Shown here piece after piece: positions 10,113-19,835 of a DNA stretch of 64,000 bases. The DNA lies in assembly GCA_963729625.1 (NCBI GenBank), contig CAVSOU010000007.1:416001-480000 (forward strand), given 5' to 3'. Both the position numbers and the translations under genes were made by a program. The stretch's first letter is position 1, and every line of letters begins with the position of its first letter. The stretch is from an uncultured bacterium. Lineage in GTDB: Bacteria; Chloroflexota; UBA5177; JANWHV01. Under the pieces are notes generated by a model. It had not been told where the DNA came from. It did no database searches and worked only from the letters and a program-made list of their open reading frames with translations.

Positions 10113-10973
10113 ATGAAGGTGGCGCTGTTCGAGACCGAAAAGGGCCGCGACATCGTTCCGGCCGTGGCTCAAACGGGCGACTATCACGTTGCCATGCCTG
10201 ACCGGGCTCGAGTGCCGGCCACGCTTGCGGCAAAATCCCATGCTTGGCCCCGGATTAGCGTGATCATCCCGGCGAGGAATGAAGCGCTGAACCTGCCACA
10301 TGTGCTCGCACAGCTACCCAAAGATCTGCACGAAGTCATTCTCGTTGATGGGCACTCCACTGACGACACGGTTGAGGTTGCTCAAAGGCATTGGCCAGGC
10401 ATCCGTGTTGTTCAAGACACGCGTCGCGGGAAAGGGAATGCTCTCGCCTGCGGCTTCGCGGCCGCGCGCGGGGACATCATCGTGATGATTGATGCCGACG
10501 GATCTGCCGATGGAGCTGAGATACCGAGGTTTGTCCGCGCGCTTCTCGACGGAGCGGATATTGCCAAGGGCTCGCGATTTCTGCAAGGCGGCGGAAGCAG
10601 CGACATCACACACGTGCGCCGCGCGGGCAACTGGGTGCTCACCAATATCGTAAACATGCTCTATCGTACGACCTATACCGATCTGTGCTACGGCTACAAC
10701 GCCTTCTGGACCCGACACTTGCCGGTGCTTCACGTGGACTGCGATGGATTCGAAGTCGAGACTCTGATCAATATACGGATCGCAAAGGCCGGACTGCGCG
10801 TGACGGAAGTTCCGAGCTTCGAAGCGAGCCGACTGAGCGGCGCGAGCAACCTGCACGCGCTGCGCGATGGCTTCCGTGTGCTGAAGACCATAGTGCGGGA
10901 GCGCCAGACCGGGGGGACGCAACGCAGGGAAGCCCTTGCCGAGGGTCAGGCTACCGTTGACGTAGGCGCCTAA
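10113..10973 (+). CDS. Glycosyltransferase family 2 (DPM1-like)
   Basis: ISVIIPARNE, VDGHSTDDT, GKGNAL, DADGS, KGSRF, DLCYGY; start uncertain (frame open from 9891). Confidence 0.9.
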   Translation: MKVALFETEKGRDIVPAVAQTGDYHVAMPDRARVPATLAAKSHAWPRISVIIPARNEALNLPHVLAQLPKDLHEVILVDGHSTDDTVEVAQRHWPGIRVVQDTRRGKGNALACGFAAARGDIIVMIDADGSADGAEIPRFVRALLDGADIAKGSRFLQGGGSSDITHVRRAGNWVLTNIVNMLYRTTYTDLCYGYNAFWTRHLPVLHVDCDGFEVETLINIRIAKAGLRVTEVPSFEASRLSGASNLHALRDGFRVLKTIVRERQTGGTQRREALAEGQATVDVGA

Positions 10974-11000
10974 AGCCAGGCTTTGCGGAGATCTTCGGAA

Positions 11001-12560
11001 CTACCGCCCGCCGGTATCACCTACCGGCACGACAGCGGCCCCGTCGGGCTTCACCGAGAGCTTGGACTGCGACGCGAGCTTGGTCGAGGATTTCACCAGC
11101 CACGCGGCGATAAAGGCTGGCAAGCCAATGATCGCCACGACGAGGTACGTGTCGTGATAGGCGGTAGCCTGCGCATTCAGGATCGCCGGGGAGAGGTGTG
11201 AAGCCGCTCCAGTGGCTCCGTACGTACGCGCCAGACCGCGAGCCGCGCCGTGCGCTGCCAGTCCAAGATTCGCAATATAGGTTGTCGCGCGCCCTTGAAG
11301 GTAGTTCGTCAATACCGCGATACCCAGCGAGCCCATCACATTGCGGCCGACTACGTTGAGCGTCGTCGCCTCAGGCAACAGCGGACCGTTGATACCTTCA
11401 AGCAAGACAGTGTTGGTGGACTGCATGGTGAGCGGTAACCCGATGCCTCGGAGGAACAAAATCACAGGCAATACGAGGAGGTTGGCGGTCGCCGTGGTCC
11501 AGAAGGCGAGCCAGAAGCTGGTCAGGGTCACGATGATGAGGCCGGCGAAGATAAGGCGCCGCGGTCCAACGCGATTGTATACCTGACCACTCGTGATGGT
11601 TCCAATGACCGAGCCGATCCCCTGCCACAAGAGCAACATACCGGCGGCAAACGGCGTTTCTTGACGCAATACCTGGAGGTATTGTGGAAGCAGAAAGGCA
11701 GGTCCCAGTAATCCGACGACGCCGACGACGACTATCAAGGTGCCAAGCAGGAATGTGCGTCGCACATACAGCCGCAGTTGCAGCAGCGGTTGTCGCGCAC
11801 GTAGCTCGACGGGAACGAACGTACCGAGCAGGAGCAAAGACACCAAGATTGGCCCGCTCACGGTGCCGGTGCTCTGCCAACCGTCGTACGCAAGATTGGA
11901 GAGGCCGAACAGAAGCAGTCCAAGCCCAACCGCGGCCAGCAGAAAGCCCGGAGCGTCGAACCGCCGGCTTGCCTCCGGCCGCTGCTCGCGCAAGACGCGA
12001 GCCGCCATGACCACGCCGATAATGCCAACAGGCAGATTGACGTAGAACACCCATCGCCAGTCGACATACTGTGTGAGGTACCCGCCCAGGCTCGGCCCAA
12101 GCGCGGGCGCAACCAAAACGGGAATGCCGAAGATGCCATTCGCGCGCCCGCGGTCTTTGCCGGTGAACACCGAGAAGAGCATGGCAAACGACAAGGGGAA
12201 CAGTGCCGCGCCGCCTGCGCCTTGCAAGACACGGAAAGCGATCAGCAGACCGATGTTCGGCGCGACACCGCAGAGCGCCGATCCGAACGTGAATACCACG
12301 AGCGACGCAATATACACTCGTTTGCTGCCGAAACGGTTAGCCAGAAAGCCGGTGGCCGGGACAAGCACGCCCGCCGCAAGAATATATGCCGTGGCGACGT
12401 ACGAAGCCAGGTGGAGATCGGCGCCGAAGTCGCGCTGAATGCGGGGCAGCGCCGTGTTCACGATGGTCGCATCGAGGATGCTAGCGAAGGCGCCAAACAC
12501 GACGGTGACGAGCACCCACCACCTGTACGTGTCGGAGGCCGCACCGCCTTTGCGCTGCAT
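11001..12560 (-). CDS. DHA2 (EmrB/QacA-type) 14-TMS MFS efflux transporter; 5' end interrupted by IS
   Basis: LDATIVNTALP, RVLQGAGG, GPSLGG, WRWVFYVNLPVG. Confidence 0.92.
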   Translation of the reverse strand: MQRKGGAASDTYRWWVLVTVVFGAFASILDATIVNTALPRIQRDFGADLHLASYVATAYILAAGVLVPATGFLANRFGSKRVYIASLVVFTFGSALCGVAPNIGLLIAFRVLQGAGGAALFPLSFAMLFSVFTGKDRGRANGIFGIPVLVAPALGPSLGGYLTQYVDWRWVFYVNLPVGIIGVVMAARVLREQRPEASRRFDAPGFLLAAVGLGLLLFGLSNLAYDGWQSTGTVSGPILVSLLLLGTFVPVELRARQPLLQLRLYVRRTFLLGTLIVVVGVVGLLGPAFLLPQYLQVLRQETPFAAGMLLLWQGIGSVIGTITSGQVYNRVGPRRLIFAGLIIVTLTSFWLAFWTTATANLLVLPVILFLRGIGLPLTMQSTNTVLLEGINGPLLPEATTLNVVGRNVMGSLGIAVLTNYLQGRATTYIANLGLAAHGAARGLARTYGATGAASHLSPAILNAQATAYHDTYLVVAIIGLPAFIAAWLVKSSTKLASQSKLSVKPDGAAVVPVGDTGGR

Positions 12561-12637
12561 GGCTAGCCTGGATTATGCGGGAACGAGCAGCTGAGCCGCA
12601 GGGAGGCAGGTTTCAGGCTACGAACCGTTGAGCGTGG

Positions 12638-12666
12638 TTGATTGCTAGGGTTCGCTCCCTTATGGT
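12638..12666 (+). promoter_or_regulatory. Putative sigma70 promoter of the transposase
   Basis: TTGATT-N17-TATGGT, 40 nt upstream of the transposase ATG. Confidence 0.55.
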
Positions 12667-12705
12667 CAAGTTCTTAGACGACGACCAACGAGCGGAGCGA
12701 ACCCT

Positions 12706-14058
12706 ATGGCTACTCAGTCTGCCACACAGCGCTATCACTTTGCCACCCAGACCGGGTTGGCGCTCGAGGCCCTCTTTGATGGTGGCCGCCTGACCAGCGA
12801 TGGCGGCCTGCCCTGGCTCGCCAAGGCCGACGCGGTGTTGGGACTGTGTGCCGGGCTGGCAGCGAGCCTGCCGGAGCGCCGCCAGCGGCACATCCGCTAC
12901 TCCCTGGAGGGTCTGGTCCGCCAGCGCGTGTTCCAGATTGCCTGCGGGTACGAGGACCAGAACGATGCCAACACCCTGCGCCACGACCCCCTGCTCAAGA
13001 TGGTCTGCGGGCGTCTGCCGGAGAGTGGTCCTGCGCTGGCCGGCCAGTCCACCTGCAGCCGCCTGGAGAACAGCGTGGACCGGCAAGCCTGTCGCCACCT
13101 GGCCCACGCCCTCCTGGAGGTGTACCTGGTGGCGAGGGAACAGGACGGCGTGCCTCGGCACATTCTGCTGGACATCGACAGCACGGATGACCCCACGCAC
13201 GGGCACCAGGAAGGGGCGGCGTACCACGGGTACTACCGCCAGCACCAGTACTACCCGCTGCTCGTCTTCGATGGCGAGACCGACCAGCTGATCACCGCCA
13301 TCCTGCGCCCGGGCACGGTGCACGGCAGCCGCGGGGTGATTACGGTGCTGCGCGTGCTAGTCCGGGCCTTTCGGCAGCGCTGGCCCGGCGTGCAGATCGA
13401 GATCCGCGCTGACGCAGCGGGCGCCACGCCCCGAATCTACCAGTTCTGCGAGCGCCACCATATCACCTACACCCTGGGTCTGGGCACCAATGCCCGCCTG
13501 GCAGCCCTGGCCGCGCCCCTGCTGGCGCAGGCCCAGGCCCAGCGCGAGGCCACCGCCGCGGAGAAGGTCCGCCTGTGCGGCGAGACCACCTACCAGGCCG
13601 AGAGTTGGGACCGCGCACGGCGCGTGGTCTACAAGACCGAAGCCCTGGCCAAGGGGCCCAATGTCCGCTTCGTCGTCACCAGCCGCACCGACGCGCCGAC
13701 AGACCTCTACGATTGGTATGTCGATCGGGGCACCCCGGAACTGTGGATCAAGGACATCAAGCTCGCCTGCTTCGCCGACCGCCTGAGCGACCATCGCTTC
13801 TGGGCCAACCAGTGCCGCCTCATCCTGCACGCCGCCGCCTATTGGCTCCTCGATACCCTCCGACGCTGGCTGACTGCCCGCGGCCTGCCCCGTCTGCAGC
13901 TCGATACCCTGCGGCTCCAGCTCATCAAGATCGGCGGCCGGGTGCGGGAAGGGCTGCACCGCATCCGCCTGCACCTGGCCAGCAGCCATCCTGGTCAGGC
14001 CCTCTGGAGCCTGCTCGGTGCGCAGCCGCCCGGCCACGCGCCGCCGTTCCTCCGCTAA
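12706..14058 (+). CDS. IS1380-family DDE transposase
   Basis: FDGGRLTSDGG, GYEDQND, LDIDSTDDPTHG, IRADA, RGTPELWIKD, FWANQ. Confidence 0.95.
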   Translation: MATQSATQRYHFATQTGLALEALFDGGRLTSDGGLPWLAKADAVLGLCAGLAASLPERRQRHIRYSLEGLVRQRVFQIACGYEDQNDANTLRHDPLLKMVCGRLPESGPALAGQSTCSRLENSVDRQACRHLAHALLEVYLVAREQDGVPRHILLDIDSTDDPTHGHQEGAAYHGYYRQHQYYPLLVFDGETDQLITAILRPGTVHGSRGVITVLRVLVRAFRQRWPGVQIEIRADAAGATPRIYQFCERHHITYTLGLGTNARLAALAAPLLAQAQAQREATAAEKVRLCGETTYQAESWDRARRVVYKTEALAKGPNVRFVVTSRTDAPTDLYDWYVDRGTPELWIKDIKLACFADRLSDHRFWANQCRLILHAAAYWLLDTLRRWLTARGLPRLQLDTLRLQLIKIGGRVREGLHRIRLHLASSHPGQALWSLLGAQPPGHAPPFLR

Positions 14059-14437
14059 TCCGTCCCGCTGCTGCCGATCGCTGCCGACACCGCGACTGTC
14101 CCTGTCGCGGTACGACCCCTCACGCCGTCCTCCCCGCGCCAACTGCCCCACCAGCGAGCCCAGCCACGCACCGCTGGATGCACGCTGGATCCTGCCGCCG
14201 CACCAGGCCCCCTCTGCATGCCGGCGCACATTACCTCGACGCGATGCGGGCCGCGACGAGCATCCCCTCAACCTTGCTTAGCTCGCTTCCTTCAGGGGTC
14301 CCGCATAATCCAGGCTAGCAGTGTCTCCATTCCGTGTGCACGCTGGGCGACCCGCCACGCGGATCTTGTCCCTTAAGAAGCGGTCGTCCGCGAGCAGGCA
14401 GTGCGCTGAATGGCCGTGCGCGAACGGAGCAAAATAC

Positions 14438-14466
14438 AGTGTAATTTGCCCTCATGGGTGTGTCAA
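14438..14466 (-). promoter_or_regulatory. Near-consensus sigma70 promoter, probable native promoter of the DHA2 gene
   Basis: Minus strand TTGACA-N17-TACACT pointing toward the IS and the efflux gene. Confidence 0.7.
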
Positions 14467-14727
14467 AGCTCGCAGGAGCGGGGTGCCCCTGGGGGACGGG
14501 GATATCGTATCCGCGGTGCTCGCAGAGCGCAACGTGCCGCGTGCGGGTGCCGCATCGAGGGCGGCGGGTCCGGGCCACGTCCGTGTGCGGGGTTCGGGGC
14601 TGACACAAGACCGCGAGCGGTACCTCGCGAGCCCAGACGAACAGCAATCACAAGCTTGAGCAGGGCCAGGGTCCGCGCGTTACAGTTGCGAGTCCCGCCG
14701 ACAGCGCGCCACCATGCGATCGACCCG

Positions 14728-15324
14728 TCATGCACGCGCGCTCGGCGCCAGCAGCCGGTGCAGCGTGCGCTGCGCGCGATAGAGCGACGCCTTTACCGCC
14801 CCTTCGCTTCGGCCCAGCACCAACGCTATGTCCTTCACGGCCAGATCCTCTCCGTATCGTAGCAGCACGACCTGACGCTGCACTAGAGGCAGAGCGGAGA
14901 CTACGGCCATGAGGGCCCTGTCGCGCTCACCGCGCAACAGCGCGTCCTCTGGACCTGGAGCGTCGTCCGCCCGCTCGGGGGCATCGTCAAGCGCGACGGT
15001 CGTCGCGTGGCGCGCCCTGCCTGCGATAGCGTTGCCTGCGATGCGGTAGAGCCAGGCGCGAAACGGTAGGCCACGCCATTCGTAGCGCGGCAAGTACGTA
15101 ATTGCGCGCTCGAAGGTCTCCGAGACGACGTCTTCAGCTGCCATGCGATCGTGCAGGCAACGCATTGCATAGGCGTAGAGGCGGTTCACATGGAGTTCGT
15201 ACAACTCGACAAATGCTGTCGCATCCGTGCGCGCGCGCTCGACGAGCGCATGTTCATCGTCGACGGACCGCCGAGGACGATCCTGTACGTCGCACTCAAC
15301 TCGAACGACTGCGTTCGTTCCCAG
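14728..15324 (-). CDS. ECF sigma-70 factor (start codon ambiguous)
   Basis: AEDVVSETF, FRAWLYRIA, LP-QRQVVLLRY, IALVLGRSEGAVK; homology extends upstream of TTG 15204 (DEHALVERAR..AFVELY); only CTG at 15324 is available in frame. Confidence 0.85.
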   Translation of the reverse strand: MGTNAVVRVECDVQDRPRRSVDDEHALVERARTDATAFVELYELHVNRLYAYAMRCLHDRMAAEDVVSETFERAITYLPRYEWRGLPFRAWLYRIAGNAIAGRARHATTVALDDAPERADDAPGPEDALLRGERDRALMAVVSALPLVQRQVVLLRYGEDLAVKDIALVLGRSEGAVKASLYRAQRTLHRLLAPSARA

Positions 15325-15333
15325 CTTGCGCCT

Positions 15334-15774
15334 CTACGCTGAAATAGCCTGAGGCCAGCTCAGGCGTTCTATCCGGTCGAATAGCTCCTTATGATCGACG
15401 CGACCAGTCAGATAGGCGTCGGTTCCCGCCTCGAATCCGTCAAGCAGGTCCTCGAGACTTCCCTCCGGATCGAGCATCATGATCGCGGATTCGACCTTGA
15501 TCGAACGGAGGGCGCGGCATAACCCGAGCCCATCGAACGTTCGATCGGCCATGTCGAGAACGATCACGTTCGGCTCGTCGCCGGCATTCACCGCCGCCAT
15601 CACCTCATCAGTGCTGGCAACGCGGACTGAAAAGTGCCCACGCAACAGGACTGCGCGCCAATGGCTCGCGAACATGCCATTGGCGGAAACAAACAACACG
15701 CGAGCGCGCACCGTGGGTCGCGCGGGAGTGCGAATGACTCGTGTGTTCACAATACTGAGTCGTGCGGAAGACAC
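15334..15774 (-). CDS. Atypical (pseudo-)receiver domain protein
   Basis: PNVIVLD, DGLGLCRALR, GFEAGTDAYL; lacks the acidic pair and the conserved Lys; start uncertain. Confidence 0.7.
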   Translation of the reverse strand: MSSARLSIVNTRVIRTPARPTVRARVLFVSANGMFASHWRAVLLRGHFSVRVASTDEVMAAVNAGDEPNVIVLDMADRTFDGLGLCRALRSIKVESAIMMLDPEGSLEDLLDGFEAGTDAYLTGRVDHKELFDRIERLSWPQAISA

Positions 15775-15899
15775 TGTCTGCCCCCTCTGCTAGATCGCCG
15801 CTTCTCTCCAGGTGCATCCAGCACCTGATTCAAGCATAGGTAGTCACTATGAGAGGGAGATGATAGCAACGTTACAGGATTATGACAGCTTGAGGAGGC

Positions 15900-16676
15900 T
15901 CAAACCAGCGCGGGACTCGCGTAGGCCAGGGTCGTGCCATACCTGCACATCAGACGGACAGAACAGGTGTCGCATCGGGGATGCAGCGCCTTACATGTCA
16001 GTCGCCCGTGGCGGATCATGTTGACGTGCAAAGGAAATACTCGCTCCGGCAACAGGCTTGCCTCGACGGCCTCCTGGATGGCAACTTGGCCGGCAGTAGG
16101 CGGCGCGAAGCCGATTCTGCGGCTCAGCCGCAGTACATGTGTGTCAACGGGGAATGCGGGAAATCCGAGATTGAACAACAAGACGCACGATGCAGTCTTT
16201 GGGCCGACGCCGTGCAGCGACGTCAAGGCATCTCGAGCCTCCTGGAGACTGAGCCCACGCAGTACGTCTAGGTCGAGCGATCCGTATCGCTCCGCGACGG
16301 AGTCCAGGATCTCCAGGATACGCTCCGCCTTTACTGTTGCCAGTCCGCCCACGCGAATAGCACCGGCAATCGTGTCAAGCGGCGCCCGGCGCACCTGTTC
16401 CCAGGTTGCAAGTCGGCTTCGGAGACTCGTGTAGGCGCGCTTGGAGTTGATGTCGGAAGTGTGCTGTGACAGCACTGTCTCGATTAATCCTTCCAGTGGC
16501 CGGCCATCTGGATCGAGCCGAGGCGTGCCGTACAGCGTGCTGAGCGCGCGGTCGGCGTGAAGTATGTGCCGCGGGGGATCGGCCAGCAGATCTTCGAGCG
16601 CGGGCAGTTCGTCCCCGCGCCTGAAGTCGCCTTCGCCTCGGGCCGACGCTTCCTGAGCGTCACGTTCAGTTTCCAT
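15900..16676 (-). CDS. Endonuclease III / HhH-GPD DNA glycosylase
   Basis: LSQHTSD, LHGVGPKTA, PVDTHV, 4Fe-4S motif CKALHPRCDTCSVRLMC. Confidence 0.9.
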   Translation of the reverse strand: METERDAQEASARGEGDFRRGDELPALEDLLADPPRHILHADRALSTLYGTPRLDPDGRPLEGLIETVLSQHTSDINSKRAYTSLRSRLATWEQVRRAPLDTIAGAIRVGGLATVKAERILEILDSVAERYGSLDLDVLRGLSLQEARDALTSLHGVGPKTASCVLLFNLGFPAFPVDTHVLRLSRRIGFAPPTAGQVAIQEAVEASLLPERVFPLHVNMIRHGRLTCKALHPRCDTCSVRLMCRYGTTLAYASPALV

Positions 16677-17133
16677 GTCGCGAGGTTATCAGAATGTCCT
16701 TATGCATGCCAGTGAGTACGCTGCTGCCCCTCAGTGGCGCACCGTATCCCGAGCCTGGCCTTGTCATGGCACGCTTGTAGGCTTCAGGTGCAGTTGCACG
16801 CTCTGGGATCGCCGGGTACCGCTCGCGGGTGCCGTGTGCGCTCCCACCCTTCATACGGACAAAGCCCGGCGCAGCAGTCCGCGTGCGGGCCCCCCGCTCG
16901 CGGCGAACCACGTCCAAGTGAGCCAGACGGACGCGATGTTCGAGTGCTCCTCCAAAATGCGCCCACATCGTCGATCACCTTGTCAGGGTGCGCCCGGCCG
17001 GCAGGGTGTATTTGGCAACAGGAGCGCGTTTGCGGCATATTGGAGACCGTTTGAGATGCGGCGAGCGCAAGGCGTTCGCAGGGGAGAGGGAGCGTCGAAT
17101 GCCTGGCAGCGCCGCCGCCGGAAACCCACGGGC

Positions 17134-18381
17134 GTGACGAGCACCGGCGCCCGGAGTCCTGGAGGCCGCCGCCACCGCGTCAGAGGGCGTACAGTCGCCG
17201 TTCTGACCGCTGCGTACTGGGCGTACTTCGTCAATGGCCTGGTCAACAGCATTATCGGGCCGTCGCTGCTCAGCATGGTCCACACGTTCCATATCGATCT
17301 CGCGGCCGCCGGGGCAATTGTCACTGCCCAGTTCATCGGCTACCTGCCGGGCGCGCTGGGAAGCGGCATGATCGCCGAGCGCTGGGGATATCGACGCGCG
17401 ATCTTCCCCGCGCTGCTGCTGCTCGCGATTGGTACGATCGGCACCGGACTGGTCGGATCCTGGCTGCTCGCCATCTTCCTGACGGGAGCGGCCGGAGTCG
17501 GCTTCGGCGTGACCGATTCCGTGTGCAATGCCGTGGTAGCGGACGAGACACCTGGCGCGCACGGCACGACGATGAACCTGCTGCACACGTTCTTTGGTGT
17601 CGGCGCTCTCGCGGGGCCGTTGCTTGCAGGAGCACTGCTGTCGAGTCGCGTCGGGTGGCAAGGCCTCTTCTGCCTGGCAGGCTCGATGGCGGCTGGATGT
17701 ATGGTGCTGTTCCTCTTGATCCCGCTGCCTGTGCCCGCCCACCGCGCGATCGGCGGTGACGGGCACTCCGGCAGCCCGCGTGCGCAACGGTCTGGGCAAG
17801 ATAGTGCCATTTGGCGCAGCTCGCACCTTTGGCTCCTGGCAGCGATGCTGCTGCTCTTCGTGGGAATGGAGCAGCTGGTCGGCGCCTGGAGCTCAGCCTT
17901 CCTGACCCGTGTCCAGGGCGCGGACGTGGACACGGCTGCGCGGTCCGCCTCTGTCTATTGGGCGGCTGTGACCATCGGTCGGCTGCTGGCCAGCGCGGTA
18001 GCCTTGCGCCTGACCAGCGAGCGGTTGCTCGGCGGAGCGGCTCTTTTGTCGCTTTGCGCAATCGCGACCCTTGCCCTTGCACACGGGGTGAGTCAGGCAC
18101 TCATCGCCCTGGCCGTTACTGGGTTGGGCTTCGCCGCGATCTATCCCACGATCATGGCCATCACCGCCCGCGCCTACTCGCGCCGTTTCGCCACGATCGC
18201 GGGGTTCATGGCCGCGGCCGGGGGCATCGGCGGCGCGATCTATCCCTGGGTAGGCGGAATCGTGGGCCAGGCTTGGGGATTGCGCGCCACGATGTGGCTG
18301 GCGGCTGCACTCGCGGCCGTTCTCCTCGTCACGTTCACGTTCTTGAACGCCGCGAGCCGCCCACCTGCCGACAGAACTTGA
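17134..18381 (+). CDS. MFS transporter (FucP/TsgA-like)
   Basis: About 12 TM segments, AERWGYR, MNLLHTFFGVGA, GFAAIYP; start chosen at GTG 17134 (uncertain). Confidence 0.85.
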   Translation: MTSTGARSPGGRRHRVRGRTVAVLTAAYWAYFVNGLVNSIIGPSLLSMVHTFHIDLAAAGAIVTAQFIGYLPGALGSGMIAERWGYRRAIFPALLLLAIGTIGTGLVGSWLLAIFLTGAAGVGFGVTDSVCNAVVADETPGAHGTTMNLLHTFFGVGALAGPLLAGALLSSRVGWQGLFCLAGSMAAGCMVLFLLIPLPVPAHRAIGGDGHSGSPRAQRSGQDSAIWRSSHLWLLAAMLLLFVGMEQLVGAWSSAFLTRVQGADVDTAARSASVYWAAVTIGRLLASAVALRLTSERLLGGAALLSLCAIATLALAHGVSQALIALAVTGLGFAAIYPTIMAITARAYSRRFATIAGFMAAAGGIGGAIYPWVGGIVGQAWGLRATMWLAAALAAVLLVTFTFLNAASRPPADRT

Positions 18382-18538
18382 CGTTGTTCCCCGGACACTT
18401 TTGTCACGGCCGACCACTAATCGGATCCAAGCGACAAGTTTGACGTGCAGACACCGGAACGGCAGATCCGAACCACGGGTCTCGCGGAGCTCTGGAACAG
18501 GGTCCAGCAGCCCAGGCGACGTGGCTCGCGGACCCGCG

Positions 18539-19345
18539 CTAGGCCGACGGGAAGCCCATGGTTGAGAGCACGGTTCCGTCTGCGCGAATCGTCATCGCCT
18601 CATAGCCCGCGAGCCGCGCAGTCCAGGCAGGACCCGCGATGCCCATGGCATATGCAGCGGTAGCATAGGCATCGGCCGTGGCAATGTCCGGCCCGGTGAT
18701 CGTCACCGACAGGATGCCGTCTGGTGGACGGCCGGTAGACGGGTCGACGATATGCTGGCCCCGCTCGTAGGCCCCGGAGGTGGCAATCGCCTGGTTGCTC
18801 ACGGCAACGACCGCGGCCAGGCTGTCACGTTGGAGCGGATGCTGAATTCCAATGCGCCAGTTCAGCGCCGGGAATGGGCAGCCCCGCGCGATGATATCGC
18901 CGCCGGCATTGATCGTGTAGTTTCGGGCCCCCGCCGCATCTAGGATTCGCGCCGCTCGTCCGACGGACCAGCCCTTCACCAGCCCTGAGGGGTCGACGGC
19001 CGCAGGGGCCAGATCGGCGGGCAACACAGTGTCCAGTGACCGAGCCGGAGCGTGAATATCGAAATAGCCATCGGTTTCGTCGCGCAGTTCCTCACAGCGC
19101 GCAAGCACCTCGAGCACGTCAGGATGGGCATCCGCGAGGGCCAGCTCGCCGCGATTGAGTCTGGATATCTCACTGTCCGCCTTATAGGTGCTAAACCGCG
19201 CGTCCACGCAGCGGAACCACTCGAATGCCCGATCGAGCGCGCTGGGTTCGATATCCGTGTCACGCACGTCGATGATGATCGGCATCCCCATGATCTGCTC
19301 GACGCGAAGGAACGCCGGATTGGACTGAGGACCAGCCGTGTCCAT
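18539..19345 (-). CDS. apbE: FAD:protein FMN transferase (ApbE family)
   Basis: IMGM, FSTYKADSEISRLN, DPSGLVKGW, NAGGD, ATSGAYERGQHIVDP, ADAYATA. Confidence 0.92.
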   Translation of the reverse strand: MDTAGPQSNPAFLRVEQIMGMPIIIDVRDTDIEPSALDRAFEWFRCVDARFSTYKADSEISRLNRGELALADAHPDVLEVLARCEELRDETDGYFDIHAPARSLDTVLPADLAPAAVDPSGLVKGWSVGRAARILDAAGARNYTINAGGDIIARGCPFPALNWRIGIQHPLQRDSLAAVVAVSNQAIATSGAYERGQHIVDPSTGRPPDGILSVTITGPDIATADAYATAAYAMGIAGPAWTARLAGYEAMTIRADGTVLSTMGFPSA

Positions 19346-19349
19346 GCAG

Positions 19350-19835
19350 CTATGCCAAGTGTGCGGTGTGCAACGCCGCGAGCAGTGAGTGGTAAAACGC
19401 TACGCTGGTCATCGTCGCGCCCGAAATGCCATAGATGTTCTTGACGCTGGCGGCCGTCTTGGCTTGCAGTACCTCCTGGCGCAGCATCGGAACGGCCTGA
19501 TTATTGATGAACGCCGATCGCGCGCGCTCAGTGGGCGCCGTGGCGGAAACAGCCGTGACGGCACTTCCCTTGACCACGATGGTCACCTGCACCGGTCCCC
19601 ACTGCATGGGTACGCTGGGTCCCGCATACGTAAAGGTGGCAGCGAGTTTCGCCTTGTTCCGCGCGATAGGTGTAGGCTTGGCGTGTGCCGCCGGCGTCTT
19701 CGTTGCAGTGCTTGAGACCGACGATGAAGTGGCCTGACCTGAGTTGGCGGTTCGCGCGTTAATCGCAAAGCCCACGGGGGCAGCTATAGCGGCTGTAGTC
19801 AGCATCGATACGGTGAGGGCCTTGCGCATCAGCAT
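19350..19835 (-). CDS. Secreted FMN-binding (flavinylated) protein
   Basis: Signal-like N-terminus, Ser/Thr/Ala linker, WGPVQV, flavinylation motif ISGATMTS. Confidence 0.88.
   Translation of the reverse strand: MLMRKALTVSMLTTAAIAAPVGFAINARTANSGQATSSSVSSTATKTPAAHAKPTPIARNKAKLAATFTYAGPSVPMQWGPVQVTIVVKGSAVTAVSATAPTERARSAFINNQAVPMLRQEVLQAKTAASVKNIYGISGATMTSVAFYHSLLAALHTAHLA

Larger units (their letters stand above)
12567..14314 (+). mobile_element. Complete IS1380-family insertion sequence (1748 bp)
   Basis: Perfect 16-bp TIRs CCTGGATTATGCGGGA (12567-12582) / TCCCGCATAATCCAGG (14299-14314); CTAG direct repeat at 12563-12566 and 14315-14318; single transposase. Confidence 0.93.

Noticed and set aside
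14320-14727. Possible anti-sigma gene downstream of the ECF sigma
   Set aside because: No frame gives a TM or HxxxCxxC protein; the region contains a promoter instead
16675-17133. N-terminal extension of the 568-aa MFS ORF
   Set aside because: Arg/Pro-rich non-homologous stretch spanning a divergent intergenic region; the true start is likely later
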